From Lingula anatina (Eukaryota; Animalia; Brachiopoda), in assembly GCA_051362555.1 (NCBI GenBank), contig CM120640.1, positions 63,528,788 through 63,592,787 of the forward strand: a stretch of 64,000 bases of DNA, given 5' to 3'. A program made the position numbers and the translations under genes. Below, in pieces: positions 1 through 11,136 of this stretch. How positions within the stretch are numbered: position 1 is the stretch's first letter; the number at the start of each line of letters is the position of its first letter. The notes under the pieces are model-generated. The model was not told where the DNA came from. It searched no databases and was given only the letters and a program-made list of their open reading frames with translations.

Positions 1-125
1 AGTTATGCCTTTTTTGTACAAGTGTTTTTTCCTCAAATTTAATTCTCCATCATATTAATAGTCTCATTTTTGAACTAATTAGATATGTAAAGGTGTTCTT
101 TTGACATTTTCTGCAACTTATCAAT

Positions 126-999
126 ATGTACAATAAAATCGGGACGTTATCAGCTAAGCACCTAGGACTTCCTTTTCATGGGCACATTTGAGACGACGAA
201 AGCTAAGGCATGTAGTTACTTAATTTTAAGTGACCTTGCATTCTTTGCACTGCTGACCCCGAGTGCATGCTGACAAAAGAAATTGTTTGACATTGTACGT
301 CTTTAAACTGTTGGATTCAATCTTGAGAAAAAATCTCCAAAATTAACATCTGTGAGTTAATAATAATAATAATAATACACAAATATGCGGGATCAGTGCC
401 AAAAGGCTTGTTTCGGCGATAATTGCACCTGAGATCTAGCACTAAGAATGTCCACCCACGTCTTGCTCATGCGTATCATTATTTCAATTTTTCGCTATAC
501 GCTCCAGCAATAATGTTGTAGAATATGTCGGAAAGGTGCTGTCATAGACGGTTAATGTAATTGTTTATTATAAATTATAGGCCTAAATTTTTCATATTAT
601 AATAATATTTCTTAATCTGGGTGAAAGCTGAATAATAATTATAATATAATATAATATTCAAAATGAATAATAACAATAATAATAACCACTCCCCCCCCCC
701 CCTTTACCGCAAATATTGAATAGTTATATGTTTGATAATCCTTTTTAGATAAATTTTGAGTTGCAAACACACGTTCTTTGGCTTGTCAAAGTGTCCACAA
801 AATATGGCCCCTGTGCCGAGCTATTGAACGCCTCAATTTCACTGTGCATCGGAAGGCTCATTAAATGTACACTAGGACATTCGAAACCGGTTTCATTTGC
901 CCTAGTATAGATGTACAATAAAATCGGGACGTTATCAGCTAAGCACCTAGGACTTCCTTTTCATGGGCACATTTAAGACGACGAAAGCCAGGGCATGTA
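126..999 (+). repeat. 89-bp direct repeat pair (126-214 and 911-999)
   Basis: ATGTACAATAAAATCGGGACGTTATCAGCTAAGCACCTAGG...GGCATGTA occurs twice with few mismatches. Confidence 0.9.
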
Positions 1000-2021
1000 C
1001 GTGCTCATGTTACATTTGAATTACCACTGGACTTTACATACTGAAAAAGAACAAATTTCAAGATTAACCCCTCTGATTAACGTATTTATGGCTTGGGAGT
1101 TCAACACCCTTGAGCGTGAGCTCAGTGGAAAATTGGATAAAAAAAAACGAGAAACGAGATGAGAAACGAGTGAGGACAGAGTGATAAACATGCCGTCAAA
1201 CTGGCTAGTCGTAATAAATGATCTACATGTCTAAAGCCTTTAATCGTTATTTGTGTGTCGTTAAGAACACTTCGAATATGTGTTTCAGTTTGGTTAAAAA
1301 TAACGGGAGAATAAGCCGATCTAATGAAATCAGCTTCAGGAGAAAAATAGCCTAGAAGTATAGTGTTCATGATAAAAATGCTGTGAAAAATAATCAGATA
1401 CATCCAGCTGGTCGGGTGGTCATTTTAAACCGCAAATATGAAATTAATCAAATTCAACTTGATGCCACTAAAAACTTATTTCTCTGTTTATGTAGACTAG
1501 ATTACGCTAACTGAAGAAAGGCCTTGATTAGTGTGTACTAAAAAGTGTCTTACAAAGTATATTATGGCAAACTAATTTAAATCAGATGTTTTTATATTGA
1601 CGTGTATAAATATTATACACAAATTAGGCAAAGTTACTGACAATAAAGAGAAATTTCATAGACTAAGAGGAGTATAATAAGATAAATTAGTGTAACACAG
1701 AATGAACTTTTATGTTAAAAAAGTGAAAACACGTGTGCAGGGTGAAATATTCACGACAGGGCCCTGAAGGTAGACTTTAACTTGAATAAAAGAAGTTAGC
1801 ACAGTCATACACTGTTCTGTGTGATATCTGTCCTTACATGATTCCTGAAGGTAGGCGTCCCCGTGTTTTTTATCCAAAATTTGTGAAGCATGGAACCTTA
1901 ATATGCTCAAAATAACCTGTTTTTACTTTTTATTGCACCTGAGATCTAGCACTAAGAATGTCCTCCCACGTCTTGCTCATGCGTATCATTATTTCAATTT
2001 TTCGCTATACGCTCCAGCAAT
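422..2021 (+). repeat. 90-bp direct repeat pair (422-511 and 1932-2021)
   Basis: ATTGCACCTGAGATCTAGCACTAAG...GCTCCAGCAAT occurs twice, nearly identical; the second copy is followed by a (CT)n tract at about 2027-2060. Confidence 0.9.
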
Positions 2022-2063
<42 letters not shown>

Positions 2064-2489
2064 GTGGAATCTTAATTAATCCGTATTTTTGCAAGGATCG
2101 TGAGGGTTGAGTCGTACTTAGTTTCACATAATGAGGTATGCACTTGCACAATACAAAACTCTTCTTCCATGTACCTGTATTTAGCATTAACATTGAATTG
2201 TGTATTTAATTTCATAAGACGCAATCATAAATTCCCTGCATTACGGTATATAGTGGGACTAATCATTTATGGGGACATAATTAAATAAGCGCTAACTACC
2301 TGATTACGATGGCACAATGATATAATTATTTTATGTCATAACACGGACATTTAAGAAAATGCACTCTCATTTTCGTGTCGTGCATCATTCCTGATCAGCT
2401 GAGTGATCCTGAAAACATTGAAATATTTATCTCATGGTCTGCGAGCGTAATAGAGAAGCATTAAGTGTGACTGACTCCATTGTTTTTAA

Positions 2490-2500
2490 CCAATATAAAT
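2490..2500 (+). promoter_or_regulatory. Putative TATA box of Arg-rich peptide gene 1
   Basis: CCAATATAAA about 95 nt upstream of ATG 2588; the same motif sits at the equivalent position in the paralog (about 13412). Confidence 0.6.
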
Positions 2501-2587
2501 TGGTGTATTTGGGCAGGAACAAGTGTATTCCGATTCTACAACAGACGCGGCAAGCTACGATATCCAGAGATACTCGTGATCTTCAAC

Positions 2588-4043
2588 ATGGCAAAGGTTA
2601 AGATGTTTGCGGCTTTGCTTGTGGTTATGATACTGGTGCAGATGTTTGCTGATTCTGACGGTATGTTACTTACGGTTGCTCGCTCTTTTCGTGGCACAGT
2701 GTAGTGATCCGCCTCGGCTATTTTTCTGATAATTTTACTATCTCTATCTCTCTCTCTCTCTTAAAACAAATGAAGAAAAACCAGCTTTCCTACAAATCAA
2801 TTTGGGTTAAATACATTTGTTTATGTTGTACGAATTCGGAATATTCAAAATATTAAAACCTTTATTAATTTATTCTTACTTCTAGCTTGGCGTAGACGTA
2901 GAAGGCGCAGGCGTAGTGGAAAGAAAATTGAGGACGCTGTGGACGTTGACGCTGCAAACATTGACACGGTATGTTAATCTACTAGTATCAACGTATTCAC
3001 CAAAATATGGAAACGTTTTGTTCTAACACTACTTCCTCTTTATCAAATACCTTTTCTTTCATTGTCAGTGCCATCTTCCAATGACGGTGCTCAGTTTCAT
3101 ATGTTTTTATAAAACATTTATGAAAGGTATTGGCCAATCGGGCTAACCAACGTTTTTTGAGTCTTTTACTTCATTATCAGCTGTCTGACAAAGAGCGCCA
3201 CATGATATGATAAATTTGATTACAGACGACCATGGTGCTTCCCTTTTTTCTTTCTTTCTTTTTTTTTTTTTAGAAAGCTGGCAATGAGTTAATTTTTACT
3301 TCTCTATCAGCGCACAGTATCTAAAAAGATACGAATAAAAAAGAAATATTTATGAATTATATCAGTGACGGATATGTAGACGTTTAGTAAAGACACCTCA
3401 CTACAGTGATAACTCAGCAACCACGATTCTCCTCGGTAGATTGAATTTATTAAAAATCAGACAAATAATTGCAGAAGTATGCGATTTGTTTGAAAGACAA
3501 AGCTGTATGACAGTAATATCTCGAAGACTTTTGAGAATTGGGATGTGTTTCGTGATCAATTTTGACTTAAGTGTCGCTGAGCATCATCAGACTTCACAGC
3601 GATAAATAGATCTTCTGTGAACAATCGTCTTATTTATTCTTTTAATTATATACACTGCAGATGGAAATGCACAATTAAGCTACGATTTTAAATGTGTAAA
3701 TGTAATCAAATTCAAATATCAAAAATTTTTTGAAGGGACATGTACCAGTACTAGATATTTCGTAATTTTCTAACTTGCAGTAAATCCTTCAAAGATTTTC
3801 TTTTGGAGATAAAACATTGAGGTATTTTGCGATGATTCAGAGGTCTTAAAATCAGAGTAACTTTCGATAAAAATCGGGACAATTTTTGAAATCGCTGAAA
3901 GAATTTTTAGCTACAATAATACTTATTGTTTTCGTTTTCAGAACCAGCTGTCCGACCACGAGCGTGACATGATCATCGATCTGCTCAAGGACGACATGAA
4001 CGATCCCGGTGACAAACCGGACGGATACCAAGAAGATGAATAA
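2588..4043 (+). CDS. Secreted Arg-rich peptide precursor 1 (85 aa): signal peptide, WRRRRRRRRS-GKK, acidic pro-region
   Basis: Exons 2588-2660, 2886-2968, 3942-4043 with GT/AG sites and matching phases (1, 0). Translation MAKVKMFAALLVVMILVQMFADSDA-WRRRRRRRRS-GKK-IEDAVDVDAANIDTNQLSDHERDMIIDLLKDDMNDPGDKPDGYQEDE*. A paralog has the same exon structure. Confidence 0.88.
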
Positions 4044-4615
4044 GGGCCATCCAAGAAATTATAACTTCTTGCACGGAGGCAGTTTTCGGCACCCGGAAAT
4101 CATCAGGTGTACTCAAACACGATTAAATTCTTTAGATTGACTTTTCTAACTTAAAAAAGGTCTGTCGGATAACTTCGACTGTCTGGCTTGTATTTTTCTT
4201 CACGCAAGAATATAAATTCATTAAAGATGCATTTCTTCTCATAGAATGTAGAATCTTCTTATAGAATTTAACATGATTCACATGTAAAGTTGAATTCATG
4301 GACAATTCCATACTAGAAGATTGTTTTGAAGAAGGAAAACAAAAATAGATCAAAATGAACTAAAATAGAGCTGAAAGCAGTGATTAGTTGAGAAGACAAA
4401 ACCAACAATAATATCTCTGAGAGAGACTGCTAACAATCCACGATGGCTTTCGTGGTCTATGTCGAATTACTGTAGGTGTCATAGAGCATAAATTCTGTAA
4501 CTAATAAATAGTTATTGCGTGAGCAATCATCTGATCCGCCATTATTTTTATTTGTTTTATATCGTTCTATAAGTACATAAATGAGATATTGGCGTCAAAG
4601 ATATTTTCTCCCTAA

Positions 4616-4838
4616 TACCCCCTTTACACTGGACGGCGTTCTTTCTGCGTCCTTTCTGCGACCATGAAATTTGGCATCTCTGTGGTCTAAATAAGGAGAC
4701 ACGAGCATTGATTTTGTATCAGAATGAATGCTCAATGATCGGCCAGTTGTTGGCACGTAACGTATTATAATTTTTTAACTCTCAAATGGGCCCGTACTGC
4801 TGGACGCAGAAAGGACGCCGTCCAGTGTAAAGGGGCCC
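4616..4838. mobile_element. MITE, PIF/Harbinger (Tourist)-like
   Basis: About 35-bp TIRs (CCCCTTTACACTGGACGGCGTTCTTTCTGCGTCC / GGACGCAGAAAGGACGCCGTCCAGTGTAAAGGGG) with TAA on both flanks. Confidence 0.8.
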
Positions 4839-6014
4839 TAACAACCCAAGTGATTTTCATGTATGTTGTGTGTGACATAATACACTGTCACTCGAGCGAT
4901 AAATGCCCATGCATACAGAAAGAGACTACTCGCATTCCATCGAAAAGCAACCCTTAAACCGAATAAAGGGTATATCGACATTTCTAGTTTGTGTACATGT
5001 ATGTTATTATACAGCATGAGACCATTTTCCTCAAAGCACCTTTCTCATATATTTTTAAAAACTCTCATGATCAGTTGCTCAGATTTGAAAGTAATCCAGA
5101 CCGATGTAAAATAAGATTAAAATGCAGGGACTAAAAGCCAAAAAATCAAGGAAACAATTATATGTAAGGCGTTTTTGTGTACATAGCAGAAACAAAAAAA
5201 ACTGCATTCATTTTGTCTTCATTTCGTAAGTTTGATTCTTATTACACAAATATGACCCAAGCTGAGGAAGTAGTGCCTCTGCTTAACTCTGCTGTTCCGT
5301 ACGATTGCGTTTATGTGTGAGATAATACACTGTCACCCGAGCGATATGTAATAGATAGACCCCGAGTCAGCGAGGGTTATGTGGCATGCACGAGTGCGAA
5401 GCACGTGTGGATGTCACATAACCCTCGCTGACGAGGGATCTATCTTATTTAGACCACGGGTCCATTAGCGGGTTATAACGCATTCATGCGAGACGTGCGG
5501 TTATGCGAGTTACACCACGTCTGAATCTTTTGTTCTTCACTTCCACCGTGGTCTAAATGCCATAACACCTCGAGCGTCAGCGAGAGGGTGACAGTGTATT
5601 ATTTGACATACATACCGAGAAAAAATACAGTCATTTCATTCTAAAACACCCCTAAAACCGAACAAAGTGACCCTATATCACGCTCTAGAGATGTTATACG
5701 AAATAAACTCGTCCACGTGCGCTGGTCACCTCCCGCCAAATTCTTACGTAATGTCTGACCAATTTGGTCATTTTTGCTAAATACTTGTCATGGACGTCCA
5801 ACTGGCTTGAAAAGTATTTAACCGTCGACACTGACCATGCGCGTCTCAGCTGAGCCACACCTAGCTGGGACTGTTGCGGAAAAAAAGGTCCCACGGCAAA
5901 ACCTCTACTTTTTAGTGAGTTTTCTGATAAACAAGGAGCGTCGGACCGGACTATAGTCAAACTAATTTTTCACAAGTGCAAAGGAGAAAGAAATTTACTT
6001 TTTGGTGATATTTA

Positions 6015-6300
6015 TGACAACAAGGCAGTTTCGGAATATAGTCAAAGTTAGACGGATGTTTATTACAAGTTCATGGGAGTAATAATTCTAGTTTTTATTG
6101 TTATTTCTGACGACGAGACGGTTACGGAATATAGTCAAAATCAAGCGGATGTTTATTTCAAGTCCACAGGAGTAATAATTCTATGTTTTCTTTTACTACG
6201 AGGCGGTTTCGGAATATACATATGGTTTTCATGGCATTTATGTGCTACATGTAATTACAAGTTCAGAGGGGGAATAGATTTGATTTTTACCGATATATCT
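6015..6300 (+). repeat. Degenerate tandem repeat, about 90-95 bp unit, 2-3 copies
   Basis: CGGAATATAGTCAAA...GGATGTTTATT.CAAGT.CA.GGAGTAATAATTCTA repeated at about 6032 and 6125; a partial third copy at about 6210. Confidence 0.7.
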
Positions 6301-8741
6301 GATAAAGAGGAAGAATGAACAGCTTAGAAGCAAAAGGTAAATAACACAACCCTCGTTAAAAAGTTGTAGACTTACAAATAATTTGTATGCACGTGTGGCT
6401 TAAATGTTAACTTATTCCCGTTTTCAAACCATAACCATATGATATGACTTAGTGTTATAAAATTATAGATAAAAATTGCTAAACGTGAAATGTTTATGCT
6501 AATTTTTCAAGAGTGTGAGAGATTTTAAATTGGTTTACTGGTAGGTATATTACGCAAGCAACGTCACTTTTCTCTTGATGCCAAGAAGGTCACATGATCA
6601 CTCTGTCTTTGGCTTTCAGGATTTAAGAGACCTCGACTGATTTAACCAAGATGTAGTCGTGAAATTCTAGACTACATCGAGGTTAAATCCGAGTTTTCCG
6701 AGAGACGCTACGTAGAAATGTCGAGTGAAGCGAGATATTTTTGAGTAGCGGCTCGAAGTTGCCCTCGATCTTCACTGAAGCTTGGCTAAATGGACAGGCT
6801 TCACGGCTGTTTCACAATCAGATGTACACTTTATGGTCCATTTTCGACCAAATATGAACTTCACCAAACAGAGGTTTGAATATCAGTAGGGCATTAGTAT
6901 AGATCTTGGGCATAATCCCTTCAAATGTTTTTGCACCGTTTCTCTTTGTTTTTGTTTGACACTAAAATGACTGGATGGTCTCACACTGGGGACGGACGCT
7001 ACATTTTTACAAGTCAATTACATTCACGTGATGAATAAAACATAATAATTGGAAAATAATTATTTTAATAAGCATAATTTTATACACATGAATTGTACTT
7101 GCAATGAAAACCTCAAAATTTCAATCAACTGTGAGCTATTTTTTTCCAAAATGTACGGTTGCATGATGCATGGCCTCATTTCTTTTGCAAATAAAAATAA
7201 AATGTTGTGTGATTAAGATCAAATCAGGGGATTCCATCAATGATTTGAAATCTCTTATTTTGATATGACAAAGCCTTGACCATAAGAATGACACATAATA
7301 AAATACCTAAAACATGTTAAGAGTGCCAAAATTTCATGACTTGGTACGTAATACACTGAGGGACGGACGCTACACCAAAACATGTCATTTTTATATCCCC
7401 ATTCCAAAACATTAACTGTATTAAAATGAATACAAACAGTTCAACAACACATTTACAAATCAATAACAGGAGTGTATCCAGATATATTTTCTGACAGTAT
7501 TACAAATTCTCTGACATACTTTGAATAAGGGTCTCCCCCATCTCCAACTTTCTGCTTGTTTCCTTGCTTGCTATAATTCCTTTCTGTTCTAATATGCTGT
7601 TTACTCTAGGAGATCTTATTAGCCTTTATACAATTTTAGCTTTTCTTCTCGGTGACCTCGGAAGGGCATTCTTTGCTTGTTTCAAGGTGGAGGAAGATGA
7701 AAACGGGCTTGAGTCTTTACCTTGTGGTGTTTTATCTTGTAACTGAACCCTTAGTCTCCATGCTTTACCCCTCAAGACCTCTTTCTTTTTAGCTTCTTCA
7801 CTGAGTTTCATCTTTCTGTTTCTTTCTCTTTGGGCTGTTTCTTTCTCTTCTCTCTCTTGCTTTAGCTGCTTCTGATAAAGCACTGATCTTTGTTTGTTCT
7901 CAGATTTTCTCTCTATATTTTCTCATTCTATCAGTTTCCTTTCCTCTTTCAGCTTTTGCTTATATTGGGTGATTCATTAAGTAAAGTCTCTTCTTTTCTC
8001 TTTCTTTTTCCTTTCTAAGTCTGTCCTTCTCTCTGGCAGTTTTCAAACGTTCGGGATCTTTCTTGAGTTCTTCTCGTTGTTTTCTTTTTTTTTCAAAGCA
8101 CTTTCACTTATGCTAGGGGTGGGCAAATGACAAAATTTTTTTAAAACAGGTGGATTCTATGGCCATTTTTGCTGCTGAACACAAATCTGACAATATTTTT
8201 TACCAAAGCTAAAGATTTATATTGGTATCTGCTATTTGTTTGTGAAAAAAGGCAGGAAATGGCTTTTTGGTCATATTTTCACAGTAAATACATAAAAAAT
8301 ATGTGTAATATGTCTTTCTATATGTTTTGAGGGTTGCTGAGTTCAAATATGAGCATATTCAAGACATTGGCAATATTGCTAGGGTGACATCTGTAAAAAT
8401 ATGTTATTTAAAACAAACATATACATAAAATACACACTTCGAGCCTAAGATAAATATAAATATATAATGGCCATTATGTACATAAGGAATTCATGGATTA
8501 CAGTTTGGTATAAAAACAATGCTGAAAATACCTTCATGGATGTGTACCAACAAATTTTATGCTGTATAATTTTCCTTTTCTTCAGAACAGGTAAAACTTT
8601 GTCAGGTGACATCAACCTCTTACAACCTCTAAGCTCTTGACCTTGGAATAGTACTTAGTTTCAGTTGCGTAGTTTAAGAGTATCTCACCACCACCATGAA
8701 AGCATCAACAAGAAATACACTGAGACCAGAAGGCACTGTAA

Positions 8742-9436
8742 AGCCCCCTGTCACAATTATTTGGAATCTGAAGTAATCAAGCAGAATGAGCCATAATGAA
8801 GAATTTTCAAAATTGCGCCACATTCGTTGGGTAATATCAAATTGACCTTAATTCCAGTAAGAATACCTCAGAATGCGCTTCGAACCCACCTGGATTGATT
8901 CGTGCACATTTTGGTTGTATTGTATTAGCTCTCAAATGCAGCTGAAATGTAGTTGGAACACATTAGGAATATCGTTGATGCTGTCTAAATATAGTGAGAA
9001 TATTAAGAATGCACTTCAAATGCCATATAAGTGTGGTTTCATTGCTGGCTGAATTCTGGCCTGCAATCAAGATGCATTCGAGTTGCATTCCTGCTCATTG
9101 GAGGCACAATGTGGAACATTCTGACAAGATTTGAAGCTCCTTGTCCATTTCGGTTCTCCCTTGAATGTGATCAAAATGTTTCGAATGCTGTTAGAATTTC
9201 GTAAGAATCTTAAGAATGCGCTCATAGTGCAGTTAGAATACACTTGAATGCCATTCGATATTTTTCCACTTGGAAAGTTTTGAGAATGAGCAAAACATTT
9301 TAACGGGACGCAAAAATGGACCCAAACATTTAGAATGGGCTCAAAATTTTTAGATACTTCAAACATCCAGGAATAAACAAGAAATTTTCATTCCAACTAC
9401 ATTCTAGCAAATTCTGCCTCTAGTATGACTAGGTTA
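8742..9436. mobile_element. Nested Harbinger-like MITE rich in GAAT/ATTC motifs
   Basis: Degenerate ends AGCCCCCTGTCACA / TATGACTAGGTTA with TAA flanks; many internal GAATG/CATTC motifs. Confidence 0.45.
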
Positions 9437-9452
9437 TAAATGAAGACAATAA

Positions 9453-11136
9453 GGATATTGTCACCGTTCACCCAAAACTCCTTATTTACTGCCTTACATA
9501 CATTCTTTTCAGTGATAAATAAATTTTCAGTGTTCAGTGATTACATTAGTTAACATTTACACATGTCATCTTACGGGTACGCATAATTGCAGTTTGGGGG
9601 TAAAAACTGAAAAATTGGTTTGTCAAATTTCTGTTTTACCTGAACACCCGTGATCACTATTTCAAAGCCAATTTAATGACACCAATTAGTACCCTAAAAC
9701 CCTGCCAGTGATTTTTTTTAAGCCTTAGTTCAGATTTGATCGTTGATAAAACAAAATTATACCTTTGTTTTTAGAAGACCTGTCATTACGGACTCATAAC
9801 TCCATAACAAAAGCATTTAAAGCAAAACGTTGGCATGGGATTGTAGCTCATGCCCTTGTGGTCCATTGGCCAATTTTCGTGATAAAATCTTGTTCAGGGA
9901 TGAAGTTAAGCCCCATATGGATTGCTAACCTATCTAAAAAAGCTTATCTTATCTAAATAGATGATTAAAGCTTTGAGTTGCTTATGCTTAGGCCACACTT
10001 TTTTATTTTTATGGATGACATCCTCTGGGTACCCCAAAATCGGTGCGAGAGGGCGAAAAAAAAAAAAACGGTCCAAAAAAAAAATACTGCTTAAGTAAAG
10101 GAATGCTGTCAGTACACAGCTGGAAACACAAATTTTACCACAGAAACACTTATCAAACTAACAATATGTCTTTATCCATGCTCTCAAAATATTAAAGCAT
10201 TGTGAATACTTCGTAGAAATGTAAAAAAAAGTCATGGATAGATATACTTTTTATTACAAAATCTATTAAGGTTATTTCATGCATTTTGTTGGTATAGCAA
10301 TCAATAAAACAAATATCAAACAAACAGTGTGTCTTTATTCGTATTCTCAGAATATTAAAGCATTTTGAACACTTCACAGAAATGTTAAAAAAAATGATGC
10401 AAAGATATGCTTAATACTACCAAATCTATTAAAGGTCATTTCAGACGATGCCATTTTGTCTACTTCGACTCACACGGCCAAACTGTCAGGTGGCCTGTCC
10501 GACCTTCAGCCCACCAAATACCTAGACGCCCTTGTCGACCCTTTTTTCGCTACAGAAAACCTGGTAGCCTATGTGCTGCTTTGTACAGAATGTCACTGAA
10601 ATTTTTCGGGCGATAATCGCTGGCGGCCGCCAGCCTTTCGCACAATTGTAAAAAGGTGATATCTCCATGTCCAATATCAATGGCATACCAATCCAAAACG
10701 ACGGCACCCGTTCTCTTTATGACTTTAATTGTCGTGTAATTTGAAAGTTATCCTAGAGATGAATTTGACGGCAAAGCGGCCACATTTCCACGTGGCGATA
10801 ATACGCATGCGCAGAAAGCTCATTTCCTGGCAAATTCAATAACGACGTTTGCACCAACCGACTTTGTTGGGGGGCTGGGGGGGGGGATTTTTTTTTTTTT
10901 TTTTCCGGAGAACGGGTGAAAATCGGTGCGCGCGCAGGATGTCATCCATAAAATTAAAAAAGTGTGGCCTTATACATTGCAACGAAAAAATATAAACGCC
11001 AATATTTCATATTTTCAAGAGTTATTTCATTGTTTCAAAGCAGAACAAAGACAGATACATTATAATTATTGAATAATTAGATGCAGGAAAAAACTCATTT
11101 TTGGTATCTGGATGGTAATAAAGAGTAACAATATCC
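9453..11136. mobile_element. Nested Kolobok-like non-autonomous element
   Basis: Ends GGATATTGTCAC / GTAACAATATCC flanked by ATAA and TTAA; a diverged inverted copy of 9520-9945 lies at about 17850-18280. Confidence 0.55.
9991..10969. mobile_element. Innermost nested MITE (Zator- or PIF/Harbinger-like)
   Basis: TIRs GGCCACACTTTTTTATTTTTATGGATGACATCCT / AGGATGTCATCCATAAAATTAAAAAAGTGTGGCC; TTA on both flanks. Confidence 0.85.

Noticed and set aside
2480-2704. 74-aa ORF from the track
   Set aside because: It is exon 1 of peptide gene 1 read from a TTG and through the splice donor; the real product is spliced.
2888-2917. Arg run as a protamine fragment, NLS or microsatellite
   Set aside because: It follows a hydrophobic signal peptide in a spliced frame, uses mixed codons and is paralleled in a second gene; a nuclear protamine would lack a signal peptide.
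6015-6300. Repeat-spacer-like pattern as a possible CRISPR array
   Set aside because: Units are long, degenerate and few, the context is a eukaryotic transposon, and no cas genes are present.
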